From positions 992-64,991 of the forward strand of contig JBHIBO010000006.1 in assembly GCA_046759185.1 (NCBI GenBank): 64,000 bases of DNA, in the 5' to 3' direction. The translations under genes and the position numbers were made by a program. Each line of letters opens with the position of its first letter. The stretch's first letter is position 1. A model generated the notes under the pieces. That model was not told the origin of the DNA, did no database searches, and worked only from the letters and a program-made list of their open reading frames with translations. Positions 52,390-62,315 of this stretch are shown in pieces. The stretch is from Thermoplasmata archaeon. Its GTDB lineage: Archaea > Thermoplasmatota > Thermoplasmata > RBG-16-68-12 > JAJISG01.

Positions 52390-53916
52390 CTAGGTGAGCA
52401 TCGGCCCAATTGCCTTCTCGACGGCTTTCACGATCTTGCCTTCTTCGAGGAGGGCCGTGATCGCCTCGATGTCCGGCGCGAGGGGGCGATCTTCCACGAT
52501 GGCTGGAACATGCTGGCGCAGCAAACGGTAGGCTGTGCGAACGCCCTTGCCCGGCTCCAGTGACTCCTCGAATTCCAGCCCCTGTGCCGCGCACAAGTAT
52601 TCGATGCCCAGCAGTGTGCGGACGTTTCGAATGATCTGAAACAGCTTCTCCCCCGCCAGGGGACCCATGGGGACAAAATCCTCCTGGTTGGCGGAGGTGG
52701 GAATGGAATCAACCGACGCGGGATGCGCGAGGACTTTGTTCTCTGAGGCCAGGGCTGCCGCGGTGTATTGCGACAGCATCAACCCGGAGCGGAGACCGGA
52801 CCTGCGGGTCAGGAAAGGAGGAAGCCCGCTGAGGCTGCCGTCCAGGAGGCGGGCGATCCGTCGCTCGGAGTAGGTTCCCAGGGTACAGAGGGCAATCGCC
52901 AAGAAGTCCATCGTGAAGGCGAGGGGCTGACCGTGGAAGTTCCCGCCCGACAGGGATTCTCCGTCCTCCGGAAAGAGGAGGGGGTTGTCCGTGGCCGCGT
53001 TCACTTCCACACCCAGGACCGCCTCCGCCTGGCGTATCACATCCAGTACCGCGCCCAAGACCTGGGGCATGCAACGCAGGGTGTAGGGATCCTGCACCTT
53101 GTGGGGACCCGGATGGGAGGGGATGACTTCGCTGCCCTGGAGAGTCTGGAGGAGGTCCCGGGCCGTGGCCACCTGACCGGGGTGGGGTCGAAGAGCGTGG
53201 ATCCGGGGATCGAACGGGCGGGATGAGCCCTTCAGGGCTTCGAAGCTCATTGAGGCGGCGATGAGGGCATCCTTGAGCATGGCCACGCCATCGTGGACGG
53301 CCAGACATCCGTATGCCGCCATGAGCGAGGTTCCGTTGATCAGGGCGAGACCTTCCTTGGGGCGCAACTCCACGGCCTCCAGGCCCGCTTCCCTCAGGGC
53401 CCGCTCCCCTGCGAGCCGCTGGCCCTCGTAGGAAGCCTCTCCTTCGCCGATCATGACCAGGGTCATGTGAGCGAGCGGGGCCAGATCCCCGCTGGCACCC
53501 ACGGATCCCTTTCGTGGAACAAGGGGATGGACGCCCTCGTTAAGCATCTGACAGAGCAGTTCCACGAGAACGGGCCGGACCCCCGAGTGGCCCTTCGCGA
53601 GCCCGTTGGCTCGCAAAACCATCATAGCTCGCAGCACGTCCTCCCGCAGGGGCTCGCCGGCGCCAGCCGCATGACTCCGCGCGATGTTGCGCTGCAGCTG
53701 GCGAAGATCATCCCCCGGGATCGTCACGTTGGCCAATTCGCCAATGCCCGTTGTAACGCCATACGCGACGCGAGCGTCCCGGCCGATTTCCACCACGAGC
53801 TGTCGGGAGGCTTCCATCTTTTCAATCGCTGAGGGCGAAATCGTGACCTCGCCATACTCTCTGGCGACCTTCACGACGGCCTCGAGCGTGAGGCTCTCCC
53901 CGTCAAGAACCACCAT
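52390..53916 (-). CDS. hutH: Histidine ammonia-lyase (aromatic amino-acid lyase family)
   Basis: 508 aa. GSVGASGDLAPLAHM contains the Ala-Ser-Gly MIO-forming triad. Confidence 0.9.
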   Translation of the reverse strand: MVVLDGESLTLEAVVKVAREYGEVTISPSAIEKMEASRQLVVEIGRDARVAYGVTTGIGELANVTIPGDDLRQLQRNIARSHAAGAGEPLREDVLRAMMVLRANGLAKGHSGVRPVLVELLCQMLNEGVHPLVPRKGSVGASGDLAPLAHMTLVMIGEGEASYEGQRLAGERALREAGLEAVELRPKEGLALINGTSLMAAYGCLAVHDGVAMLKDALIAASMSFEALKGSSRPFDPRIHALRPHPGQVATARDLLQTLQGSEVIPSHPGPHKVQDPYTLRCMPQVLGAVLDVIRQAEAVLGVEVNAATDNPLLFPEDGESLSGGNFHGQPLAFTMDFLAIALCTLGTYSERRIARLLDGSLSGLPPFLTRRSGLRSGLMLSQYTAAALASENKVLAHPASVDSIPTSANQEDFVPMGPLAGEKLFQIIRNVRTLLGIEYLCAAQGLEFEESLEPGKGVRTAYRLLRQHVPAIVEDRPLAPDIEAITALLEEGKIVKAVEKAIGPMLT

Positions 53917-54144
53917 CCGACTACCGCCATCTCATGGCTGGGTGGGTTAATAAATCCAATAAAAAGCGAGGAACGACGATTGGGCGAGAGTTCAGGAGAC
54001 GCTCGCCGTCGAAATCACACTTGTATGGTCACCGCCCTCTTCTGGTAACGTCTGGGACAAATCTTAAAAGGCTGGGGAATCTCGAAACCAGAGTTACCTC
54101 CTCGCCGCCTGCAAGGGCTCCTTGAGAGGAAACGGGGGACTGTC

Positions 54145-56121
54145 ATGCGAAGTGTTGCTCTGGTCATCGTCGTCTTCTCCCTCCTAGCTGCAGGGATCGG
54201 CATGATCGGGGCCCTGGCCGTGCCCTCGGCACCGGGGAACCTGGTTGCGACTGCGGGAGTCGGCCAGATCAGCCTTTCGTGGCAGTCGGCCTCCTCTGAG
54301 CCAGGGTACCCCGTCACGAATTACCGGGTCTTCCGGGGCACGGCCCCAGGAACCGCCGTATTCCTCGCCAATGCCGGGACCTCCCTCTCCTACACGGACA
54401 ACGCCGTGATGGCCGGCCAGACCTACTACTACCAGGTGAGTGCCGTGAACGGGTTCGGCGAGGGTCCACGGTCCAACGAAGACTCCGCAACGCCGACCGC
54501 GCCGACCGCACCCAGCCCGCCCCGGAACCTCGTGGCAACCGCGGGCGTCGGCCAGGTCGGCCTTATGTGGTTGGCGCCCCTCTCCGACGGCGGATCCCCC
54601 ATCACGAATTACCGGGTCTTCCGGGACACCGCCCCGGGCGCCGCTATATTCTTCGCCAATACCGGGACCTCCCTCTCCTATACCGACACGGCCGTGATGG
54701 CCGGCACGACGTACTACTACCAGGTGCGTGCCAACAACACGATCGGGGAGAGTCCAGCGTCGAACGAAGACTCCGCCACGCCGACGGCGACGGTGACCGT
54801 ACCCAGCGCGCCCCAGAACCTCGTCGCGACCACGGGCGTCGGCCAGGTCGACCTCACGTGGGACGCGCCGTTCTCCGACGGCGGATCCCCCATCACGAAC
54901 TACCGGGTGTTCCGGGGCACCGCTCCAGGAACCGCCGTTTTCCTCGCGGATGCTGGCAGCTCCCTCTCCTATGCCGACACGGCCGTGACGACGGGCCAGA
55001 CCTACTACTACCAAGTGAGCGCGGAGAACGCCGTCGGAGAGGGCCCATCATCCAGCGAAGCGGTCGCCATGACGGAAGTCGCGATTCAGATTCTCGCCCC
55101 AAGGGCAGGCCAGACGATCAGCACTCTCGGGTTCCGCCTTCAGGTATCCGTGACCAACTTTGTGTTAGATCCTGTCTCCATCGGCCAGGCTGATAATCCT
55201 GGTCATGGTCACTACCATGTCTGGGTGAACGACACGTTCACAGGAATGCTGTCCGGGGACCCGATCGTGGACCTCTCAGACTTTCCGGTGGGTCCGATGA
55301 AGCTGGGCGTGGAGTTGGTTACGAACATGCACGCGTCCCTGTCGCCGCCCGCATGGCACAACATATCGGTAACCGTGGCGGCCCCGTCGATCGCCCTCAC
55401 TCGTCCGGTAAACGGCGGCTCGGTCAGCACCCTAGGAGCGCAGTTCAGGGTCGCTGTGCAGGGCTTCGACCTGGATAACCAGAACTTGGGTGGCAATCCC
55501 ATCCCGGGCCACGGCCACTACCACGTCTTCGTCGACGGCACCTTCACGGGCACTACTCCTACGGAGCCGAGCTTCTCGATTCCCTCCTTCACCCCAGGTT
55601 CCCACATCGTCAAGGTCGATCTCCGAACGAACGACCACCAGCTTCTTTCACCGACCGTCGAGGATATGATTACTGTGACGGCGGCTGATCCCAGCATCTC
55701 GATCGTGGAGCCGTCCGCGGGTTCGACCGTTGGGCCGGTGGTGTTCCTGCGCGTGCAAATTGCGGGCTTCACCCTTGACCCCGAGAGCGTCGGGCAGGTA
55801 AGCGTCCCTGGAAGGGGTCACTACCATGTCACCATCGACGGGACGACGATTGATTTCATGGTTACGGGGCTCATCTACGCAGTGACAGACCTGGCAGAAG
55901 GCCAGCACACCATCAGCGTCTCATTGCACAACAACGATCACAGCGCCGTGACTCCCGAAGTCAGTGATGAGGTGACCGTAACCGTGGCCGCTCCGGCACC
56001 GCCACCCGCGGGCATCGACTCCGCGCTCTTCGCCGGCACCACCATCGGACTCATCGCCCTCCTCATCGTCGTGGCCGTCGGGCTGTTCCTGTGGGGTCGT
56101 AAGGGCCGCCAGGCTCCCTGA
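54145..56121 (+). CDS. Cell-surface protein with a signal peptide, three FN3 domains, three His-rich beta-domains and a C-terminal TM anchor
   Basis: 658 aa. N-terminal hydrophobic leader. Three near-identical FN3 units (P..NLVAT.GVGQ..L.W...SDGGSPITNYRVFRGTAPG...YTDTAV..GQTYYYQV.A.N..GEG). Three ~105-aa domains each with GHGHYHV and a second N(M/D)H site. C-terminal TM helix plus a basic tail (LIVVAVGLFLWGRKGRQAP). Confidence 0.7.
   Translation: MRSVALVIVVFSLLAAGIGMIGALAVPSAPGNLVATAGVGQISLSWQSASSEPGYPVTNYRVFRGTAPGTAVFLANAGTSLSYTDNAVMAGQTYYYQVSAVNGFGEGPRSNEDSATPTAPTAPSPPRNLVATAGVGQVGLMWLAPLSDGGSPITNYRVFRDTAPGAAIFFANTGTSLSYTDTAVMAGTTYYYQVRANNTIGESPASNEDSATPTATVTVPSAPQNLVATTGVGQVDLTWDAPFSDGGSPITNYRVFRGTAPGTAVFLADAGSSLSYADTAVTTGQTYYYQVSAENAVGEGPSSSEAVAMTEVAIQILAPRAGQTISTLGFRLQVSVTNFVLDPVSIGQADNPGHGHYHVWVNDTFTGMLSGDPIVDLSDFPVGPMKLGVELVTNMHASLSPPAWHNISVTVAAPSIALTRPVNGGSVSTLGAQFRVAVQGFDLDNQNLGGNPIPGHGHYHVFVDGTFTGTTPTEPSFSIPSFTPGSHIVKVDLRTNDHQLLSPTVEDMITVTAADPSISIVEPSAGSTVGPVVFLRVQIAGFTLDPESVGQVSVPGRGHYHVTIDGTTIDFMVTGLIYAVTDLAEGQHTISVSLHNNDHSAVTPEVSDEVTVTVAAPAPPPAGIDSALFAGTTIGLIALLIVVAVGLFLWGRKGRQAP
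54228..55105 (+). repeat. Intragenic DNA-level tandem repeat (about 291 bp x 3) encoding the FN3 domains
   Basis: Blocks beginning near 54228, 54519 and 54813 share long identical nucleotide runs (for example ggatcccccatcacgaattaccgggtcttccgggg.accgc.cc), indicating recent duplication. Confidence 0.6.
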
Positions 56122-56435
56122 TCGTCGAGACGGCAGCTGCCCAGGCCGTGTTTCCCCGGCCAAGAACACGCAGCCCGCACAACACTGTTAGCTCACCGGC
56201 CTCCGCTGGGGCTTCGTTCGTCCCTCGCCCTCGGGCCGTTGCACAGGCAGTCGCGACCACGCTCTCCGACAAGGCTATTCCAACCCTCGCATGGTCTCCG
56301 ACCTCCGAGGAGGACGGATCTCGGTCTCACTCGCCGTGTTGAGCCGGGGAATGAGGTCCGACTCCCTCCGTAGGTGAGGACGGTTTCTCCATGCCATACA
56401 TGAAAACGTATATCCCGCCCGGCGTTGAGAGACCC

Positions 56436-57374
56436 GCCATGCAGATTGCCTTTCTGGGCACGAGCGGCAGCATGCCCTCCCCCCACCGAAACGTCTCCGC
56501 CATCGCCATCAAACGCGAGGGGGAGATCATCCTCATGGACTGCGGCGAGGGAACCCAGCGGCAGTTCATGCTGAGCAAGCTCTCCTTCATGCAGGTCTCC
56601 CGGATCCTCCTCAGCCACTTCCACGGGGACCACTTCCTCGGCCTCCCAGGCCTCGTCATGACCATGTCCCTGAACGATCGGAGCGAACCCCTCGAGATCT
56701 ACGGACCCACCGGCACCGTGCGGACGGTCCGGGCCCTCTTGGACATCAACCTCTTCAGGCCGACCTTCGAGACCCGGGTCCGGGACCTCGAACCCGGGGA
56801 TGAGGTGGACTGCGGGGACTACTGGATCAAGGTGACCGATTCTCCTCACCTCGTGCCCTGCCTCACCTTCGCCCTCGAGGAGAAGCCGCGGCCCGGGCGT
56901 TTCCACCTGGAAAAGGCCCAGGCCATCGGCATCCCGGAAGGCCCCCTCTACCGCCGGCTCCAGCAAGGGCAAGCCATCGAGTGGAAGGGGAAACACGTCG
57001 CCCCCCAGGACGTCATGGGCCCACCCCGCCGCGGCCGGAAGATCGTCTACACCGGTGACACGCGTCCCAACGAGGGCCTCATCCCCTTCGCCCGGGATTG
57101 CGATGTCCTCATCCATGATGCCACGGTGGAGTCCACCCTGGAGGAGCAGGCCAACGAGTATGGCCACTCCTCGGCCCGCCAAGCGGCGGAGATCGCCAAG
57201 CGGTCCGGGGTCGACATCCTCTTTCTGACGCACATCAGCCCACGCTACGGAGACCCCGAGGCCATCGAGGCGGATGCCCAGACCGTCTTCCCCCGCTCCC
57301 ACGTCGCCCAAGACTTCATGGAGTACAAAGTACCCCTCCCGGACGGGGAGGGACCGCCTCAGAAAGAGCTATAA
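56436..57374 (+). CDS. rnz: Ribonuclease Z (tRNA 3' endonuclease)
   Basis: The start is the internal Met MQIAFLGTSG. The His motif LSHFHGDHFLGLPGL and a metallo-beta-lactamase fold are present. A TATA-like AACGTATATC lies about 30 nt upstream. Confidence 0.9.
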   Translation, partial: AMQIAFLGTSGSMPSPHRNVSAIAIKREGEIILMDCGEGTQRQFMLSKLSFMQVSRILLSHFHGDHFLGLPGLVMTMSLNDRSEPLEIYGPTGTVRTVRALLDINLFRPTFETRVRDLEPGDEVDCGDYWIKVTDSPHLVPCLTFALEEKPRPGRFHLEKAQAIGIPEGPLYRRLQQGQAIEWKGKHVAPQDVMGPPRRGRKIVYTGDTRPNEGLIPFARDCDVLIHDATVESTLEEQANEYGHSSARQAAEIAKRSGVDILFLTHISPRYGDPEAIEADAQTVFPRSHVAQDFMEYKVPLPDGEGPPQKEL

Positions 57375-57417
57375 GAATCCCGTGCCTTGAGCGCGATAAC
57401 CTCCTGGGGGACCCTCC

Positions 57418-58614
57418 GTGGGCAGGAACATCATCGTCGAGGACGTCGGTCACACGCCCGTCGAGCGTCAGTACAGCGAGATAGTGGAGCGCAAGGGCGT
57501 CGGGCACCCTGACACGATCGCCGACGCCATTGCCGAGGCCGTCTCTCGGTCCCTCTCCCAGATGTACCTGGATCGCTTCGGGCGGATTCTCCATCACAAC
57601 ACGGACGAGGTGCAGATCGTGGGCGGCCAGTCAGCACCCGAGTTCGGGGGTGGCGATGTCCTAGAGCCCGCGAAGATCATCCTGGTGGGCCGGGCGACCA
57701 CGGAGGTGAACGGGCAACGCTTGCCCTTCCGGTCCGCGGCGGTGAAGGCGGCCAAGGAGTACCTGCGCCGGAACTGCACCCAGCTGGACGTGGACACGGA
57801 CGTAACCATCGATTGTCTCATCGGCCGCGGATCGGTGGACCTGCGCAAGCTCTACGATACGCAAAAGCACCTCTCCAACGATACGTCCTTTGGCGTGAGC
57901 TACGCGCCGCTGAGCGATACGGAACGCCTCGTCATGGGTACGGAGGAGTTCATCAACGGCCCCCTGAAGAACGACCTTCCCGAGGTGGGTCACGACATCA
58001 AGGTCATGGGCGTACGCCGGGGGAACGAGATTCGCCTGACCATCGCGGCGGCCATGGTGGACCGGCACATTCCCGACCAGAGTCACTACATCAGCGCCGT
58101 CGAGGAGTTGACGGACCATGTCCAAGACCATGCTCCCAAGATCACGGACAAGAACGTCACGGTGAACGTGAACACGGGGGACAACTACGACGCCGGCCTG
58201 TTCTACCTGACGGTGACGGGCCTCTCCATGGAGAACGGGGACGATGGGTCCGTCGGGCGGGGGAACCGCGTCAACGGCCTCATCACGCCCTACCGACCCA
58301 TGAGCATGGAGGCGGTGGCGGGGAAGAACCCCGTGACCCACGTCGGCAAGCTCTACAACGTCCTGGCTCGGGAGTTGGCCCAGAAGATCTACGAGGAGGC
58401 CGGCGGGAACGTCGAGGAAGTCCACCTCCGCATCGTCTCCCAGATCGGGAAACCCATCGACTACCCCCAGGCGGCGTCCGCGCAGCTGCTCATGGCGGAT
58501 GGGGTCCACATCTCGAAGGTCAAGGACGATGCGGAGCGGCTCATCGACGAGGGGTTGAGTCGCATCTCCGACCTCACAATGCGTTTCGTGAAGGGGGAAG
58601 TCCTGGTCTACTAG
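57418..58614 (+). CDS. metK: S-adenosylmethionine synthetase (archaeal-type MAT)
   Basis: 398 aa (GTG start). NIIVEDVGHTPVERQYSEIVERKGVGHPDTIAD is the archaeal MAT N-terminal signature. Confidence 0.9.
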   Translation: MGRNIIVEDVGHTPVERQYSEIVERKGVGHPDTIADAIAEAVSRSLSQMYLDRFGRILHHNTDEVQIVGGQSAPEFGGGDVLEPAKIILVGRATTEVNGQRLPFRSAAVKAAKEYLRRNCTQLDVDTDVTIDCLIGRGSVDLRKLYDTQKHLSNDTSFGVSYAPLSDTERLVMGTEEFINGPLKNDLPEVGHDIKVMGVRRGNEIRLTIAAAMVDRHIPDQSHYISAVEELTDHVQDHAPKITDKNVTVNVNTGDNYDAGLFYLTVTGLSMENGDDGSVGRGNRVNGLITPYRPMSMEAVAGKNPVTHVGKLYNVLARELAQKIYEEAGGNVEEVHLRIVSQIGKPIDYPQAASAQLLMADGVHISKVKDDAERLIDEGLSRISDLTMRFVKGEVLVY

Positions 58615-58630
58615 GCCAGAGGCCTGGACC

Positions 58631-59362
58631 CTAGGCTGCTTCCGCGAGGAAATCGCGGACCTTGCGAAGAACGCCTTGGAAGGACTCCCGACTCAGGAGT
58701 CCCGTGTTCGTATTCCTCGGGCTCGGATGGTACGACGCGAATAGGACGGGCGTGTCCGATTTGAACTCGTAGACCCCACCGTGCTGGAACTTGAACTGCC
58801 CCTTGCGAATGCCGAACCGTTTGGCCAGGTAACGGGCGGACGCGTTGAACGCGAGGTGCCCAAGAGCGAGAATCGCTCGCGGGTCCAGAAGATCCATCTC
58901 CTCCAGGAAGTAGGCCCCACAATTCTGAATCTCGTTAGCGACGGGGCGGTTGTCAGGAGGCACGCACCGGACGGCCGCCGTCATGTACGCGTCGCGAAGG
59001 CGAAGACCATCCTCTCGGCTCTCTGAGGTGGGCTGGTTCGCAAATCCCGCCTCGTGGAGGCCTCGCATGAGGAAGGCTGCGCTGGGGTCCCCCGTGAAAA
59101 TCCGGCCTGTTCGGTTGCCCCCGTGGGCCGCGGGAGCCAATCCGACGATGACCAGGGAGGCATCCGAGTCCCCAAACCCGGGCACGGGACGGCCCCAATA
59201 GGTCCAACCCTCATAGGCTCGCCGTTTCTTCTCAGAAATCTCCTGCCGGAAGCCCACGAGGCGGGGACAGCGAGTGCAGGTCACGATCCGCTCGCGCAGT
59301 TTCTCGAGGCCTGTGGCGTCCACGGGTATCGAGCGGTTGGGAGGGACAAAAGGCTTCGCCAC
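58631..59362 (-). CDS. udg: Uracil-DNA glycosylase, family 4
   Basis: The likely start is GTG at 59362 (VAKPFVPP...), because the first 62 aa of the track ORF are low-complexity. Motifs: CTRCPRL (4Fe-4S Cys), GLAPAAHGGNRTGRIFTGD (family-4 motif A), HPSPRN (motif B). Confidence 0.75.
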   Translation of the reverse strand: MAKPFVPPNRSIPVDATGLEKLRERIVTCTRCPRLVGFRQEISEKKRRAYEGWTYWGRPVPGFGDSDASLVIVGLAPAAHGGNRTGRIFTGDPSAAFLMRGLHEAGFANQPTSESREDGLRLRDAYMTAAVRCVPPDNRPVANEIQNCGAYFLEEMDLLDPRAILALGHLAFNASARYLAKRFGIRKGQFKFQHGGVYEFKSDTPVLFASYHPSPRNTNTGLLSRESFQGVLRKVRDFLAEAA

Positions 59363-59375
59363 GGACGGTCGGAGG

Positions 59376-59382
59376 TTTTTAC
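59376..59382 (+). promoter_or_regulatory. TATA box (TTTTTAC) for glyA; leaderless
   Basis: 29 nt upstream of the ATG at 59411, in the short divergent udg/glyA intergenic region. Confidence 0.45.
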
Positions 59383-59410
59383 CAGAACGGCCTCTACCGT
59401 CGGGGAGTGC

Positions 59411-60694
59411 ATGAACGAGGATGCCGCCTTCATCGTGGACCAAGTCGACCGCCACCACGCCTGGTTTCAGGAGTCCCTTTGCTTGATCGCGTCCGAGAAC
59501 GTCATGAGTCCGCTTGCGTTGGAGATGTACCTCTCCGACTTCGGACACCGGTATGCGGAGGGGCTACCTGGCAAACGCTACTACCAGGGCAACATCTACG
59601 TGGACGAGGTCGAGATCCGCATCACTGAGATGCTTCGCCGGATCTTCCGGTGCGAGCTCGCCGACCCCCGCCCCATCTCGGGCACGGTGGCCAATCTGGC
59701 CGTCCTCTTTGGCCTCACCAAGCCAGGAGACACGATTTCCACGGTCGCCCTATCCGACGGCGCGCACATCAGCACCGCCCAATTCGGGGCCGTGGGCGTC
59801 CGGGGTGTGAAGACCGTCACCTACCCCTGGGACGAGGAGAACATGAACATCGACCCCGACGGGGCGGCCAAGCTGATCCGGGAGGTCCGCCCCAAGCTGG
59901 CGCTCTTCGGCCAATCGGTCTTCCTGTTCCCCACCCCCCTCCGGGAATTGGAGGAGGTCTTCCTGGAGGTCGACTGCCCGGTCTGGTATGACGCCGCCCA
60001 CGTCCTGGGGCTTATCGCAGGAGGCCAATTCCAGGACCCGCTGCGAGAGGGGGCCCACGTCATCTCGGCCAGTACCCACAAGACGCTTCCCGGCCCGCAG
60101 CACGGGGTCATCCTGGCGAACCCGAAGGACGAGGACATGGAGAAGGCCCTCCGGAGGGCGATCTTCCCGGGCGTCGTGAGCAACCATCACCTCCACGCCA
60201 TGGCCGCGCTGGGCATCGCCCTGGCGGAATGGGAGGCCTTCGGGGCCGAGTACGCCGCCCAGGTCGTCCGAAACGCTCAGGCTCTGGGGCAGGCCCTGCA
60301 CGAGCGGGGGATGCGCGTCCTGGGGGAGCACCTCGGATTCACCGCCTCCCACGCCCTGGCCGTCGACGTGTCCGAGGAGGGAGGCGGCGCCCAGGTCGCT
60401 CTCGACTTGGAGCAGGCCAACCTCATCACGAACAAGAACCTCCTCTCCGGCGACACGAGCCCGGTGAAGCCCAGCGGCATCCGCCTCGGGAGCCAGGAAC
60501 TGACGCGCCTGGGCATGGGCCCGGCCGAGATGGAGGAGGTCGCTGACCTCATTGCCCGGATCGCGGTGAAGAAGGAGAAACCCGAGGTCGTTGCCCCGGA
60601 CGTGTCTGAGCTCGCTTCCCAGTTCCGGAAGGTCAAGTACTCCTTCCACCCGGAAGCCGACGCCTACCGCCGCCACGTCCTCGTGAGCGGGTAG
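59411..60694 (+). CDS. glyA: Serine hydroxymethyltransferase
   Basis: The start is the internal Met (MNEDAAFIVDQVDRHHAWFQESLCLIASEN). A PLP-Lys region (SASTHKTLPGPQHG) is present. Confidence 0.9.
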   Translation: MNEDAAFIVDQVDRHHAWFQESLCLIASENVMSPLALEMYLSDFGHRYAEGLPGKRYYQGNIYVDEVEIRITEMLRRIFRCELADPRPISGTVANLAVLFGLTKPGDTISTVALSDGAHISTAQFGAVGVRGVKTVTYPWDEENMNIDPDGAAKLIREVRPKLALFGQSVFLFPTPLRELEEVFLEVDCPVWYDAAHVLGLIAGGQFQDPLREGAHVISASTHKTLPGPQHGVILANPKDEDMEKALRRAIFPGVVSNHHLHAMAALGIALAEWEAFGAEYAAQVVRNAQALGQALHERGMRVLGEHLGFTASHALAVDVSEEGGGAQVALDLEQANLITNKNLLSGDTSPVKPSGIRLGSQELTRLGMGPAEMEEVADLIARIAVKKEKPEVVAPDVSELASQFRKVKYSFHPEADAYRRHVLVSG

Positions 60695-60726
60695 CATCCG
60701 GATGGGTCGTTCGCCCGGCGGCCCAG

Positions 60727-61284
60727 CTAGCCCTTGTCCACGCGTCTCCGACGTACCCAGAGGACGATGAAGGCTCCCGGGCCCGCGGCAAGGAGCGTAC
60801 CATAGAGGAGAACCAGGCCCAAGGTGCCTGCCAAGGAGTCCTGGACGTGGAAGCTCCCGGGGGCCGTGTTGATGTTTCCCGCCCCATCCTGTGCACCGAT
60901 GGCAAACCGGTAGACACCCGGAGTCTCCCAGCTTCGGTTCAGGAACCAGGAGGCGCCGAAAGGGACGAGCGTAACGTTGAGATCCAAGCCCGGGCCCTCA
61001 ATGCGAACCCAGGCCGCGCGGACCCCGCTGGCGTCCGTAATGGTGGCCCCAAGACTCACCACCTCCCCTGGGCGGGATCGTGAAGGCGTCGCACGTACAT
61101 CCACAATGGTGGGTCCCTCCAGATCCAGACCTCCCTGGCGCGCCATGGGACCGCCCAGAAGGCGCGGAGCCCCTTCCGTCCCCGCGAGAACGCTGCCCTC
61201 GACCAGGAGGGTGATGGTAAGGAGGAGGACGGGAGCGACCAGCCGGTCGGTAAGCCTCCGGAGGACGCCTCGATGGTTCGCCAT
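60727..61284 (-). CDS. Surface-anchored protein with an Ig-like domain and a C-terminal TM helix plus Arg tail (PGF-CTERM-like)
   Basis: The likely start is MANHRGVLRRL. An N-terminal hydrophobic segment, a beta-rich middle, and the C-terminus LAGTLGLVLLYGTLLAAGPGAFIVLWVRRRRVDKG. Confidence 0.45.
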   Translation of the reverse strand: MANHRGVLRRLTDRLVAPVLLLTITLLVEGSVLAGTEGAPRLLGGPMARQGGLDLEGPTIVDVRATPSRSRPGEVVSLGATITDASGVRAAWVRIEGPGLDLNVTLVPFGASWFLNRSWETPGVYRFAIGAQDGAGNINTAPGSFHVQDSLAGTLGLVLLYGTLLAAGPGAFIVLWVRRRRVDKG

Positions 61285-61389
61285 TATGCGCCCACCCTCA
61301 TCCGCCTCGCCATCCCCAGGTTCGTCAGCCATGCAATCCATGCCAGAAATGCTTTAAGGCCTCGCTAAATCTGAACCAGAGCCAGCCGC

Positions 61390-62259
61390 ATGAACGAACT
61401 GCTCCCGAATCTGGAGGAAAAGCGCGACAAGGCGAACGTCGAGGCCGACAGGCATCGGCACCGACGGGACGAGCTGAACAACCGAACCAAGGAGTGGATC
61501 GAGAAACGAGACACCCTGAACGCCCAGGTTCGGCAGTTCATCGATGAGGCTGCTAAGCATCGGAACGAGCGGGACGCGTTGAACGAGGCGGTCCAAAGCG
61601 CGAAGGCCGAGAGGGAGACCTGGAACCGCAAGGTCTCCGAACTCCTGGACGGGCTCAATCGACTCCGTCGCCGGAAGACCCCCAAGGGGGCCGTTCCCCT
61701 GGACAAGCTCAGGCGGGACCTTCGCGGGCTGGAGTTCCGGCAGCAGACCTCCGTCCTGGCCGTGGACAAGGAACGGGACCTCATCGAACAGATCGCCCGC
61801 CTCCGCGCCGAAATCAAGGGGCGGGAGAAGGCCCTGGAGGAGGACGAAGAAGTCCAAGCTCTCACCGCGACGGTGAAGGAGACCAAGGAGACGGCCGAAC
61901 ACCACCATCAGGAGGTCACCCGCCTCGCGGACGACGCGCAGGTCCACCACGATTCCATGGTGAACCTCTACGAGCAGGCCGACACCGCGCGACGCGAGGC
62001 CGACAAGGCCCAGGAGCAGTTCATTAAGACCAAGATGATGGCCGACAAGGAGCACCAGAAGCACATCGAATTCATCCACGAGGTCCACGACTACGACAAG
62101 ATTATCCACGGCATGCGGGCCAAAGCGCGCCGTTCCCGGGAGGGCGAAGGGGAGGTCACCGTCAAGCAGGAGGCGGAGCTGATCTACGAGCGGTTCAAGA
62201 AGGGCGAGAAACTCAGCACCGAGGATCTGATGCTTCTCCAGAAGTCTGGCTACCTCTAA
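61390..62259 (+). CDS. Archaeal coiled-coil protein (COG1340-like)
   Basis: 289 aa, almost entirely charged heptad-repeat coiled coil, with a C-terminal EDLMLLQKSGYL. Family assignment is from memory. Confidence 0.55.
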   Translation: MNELLPNLEEKRDKANVEADRHRHRRDELNNRTKEWIEKRDTLNAQVRQFIDEAAKHRNERDALNEAVQSAKAERETWNRKVSELLDGLNRLRRRKTPKGAVPLDKLRRDLRGLEFRQQTSVLAVDKERDLIEQIARLRAEIKGREKALEEDEEVQALTATVKETKETAEHHHQEVTRLADDAQVHHDSMVNLYEQADTARREADKAQEQFIKTKMMADKEHQKHIEFIHEVHDYDKIIHGMRAKARRSREGEGEVTVKQEAELIYERFKKGEKLSTEDLMLLQKSGYL

Positions 62260-62315
62260 TTCGGGCCGGCCAAGTTGGACGGTAGCGGGAAATCGTTAAA
62301 TAGCGCCTGTTTCCT

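Noticed and set aside
56193-57311. 372-aa ORF antisense to RNase Z
   Set aside because: It is a shadow ORF opposite a gene with a clear HxHxDH metallo-beta-lactamase signature.
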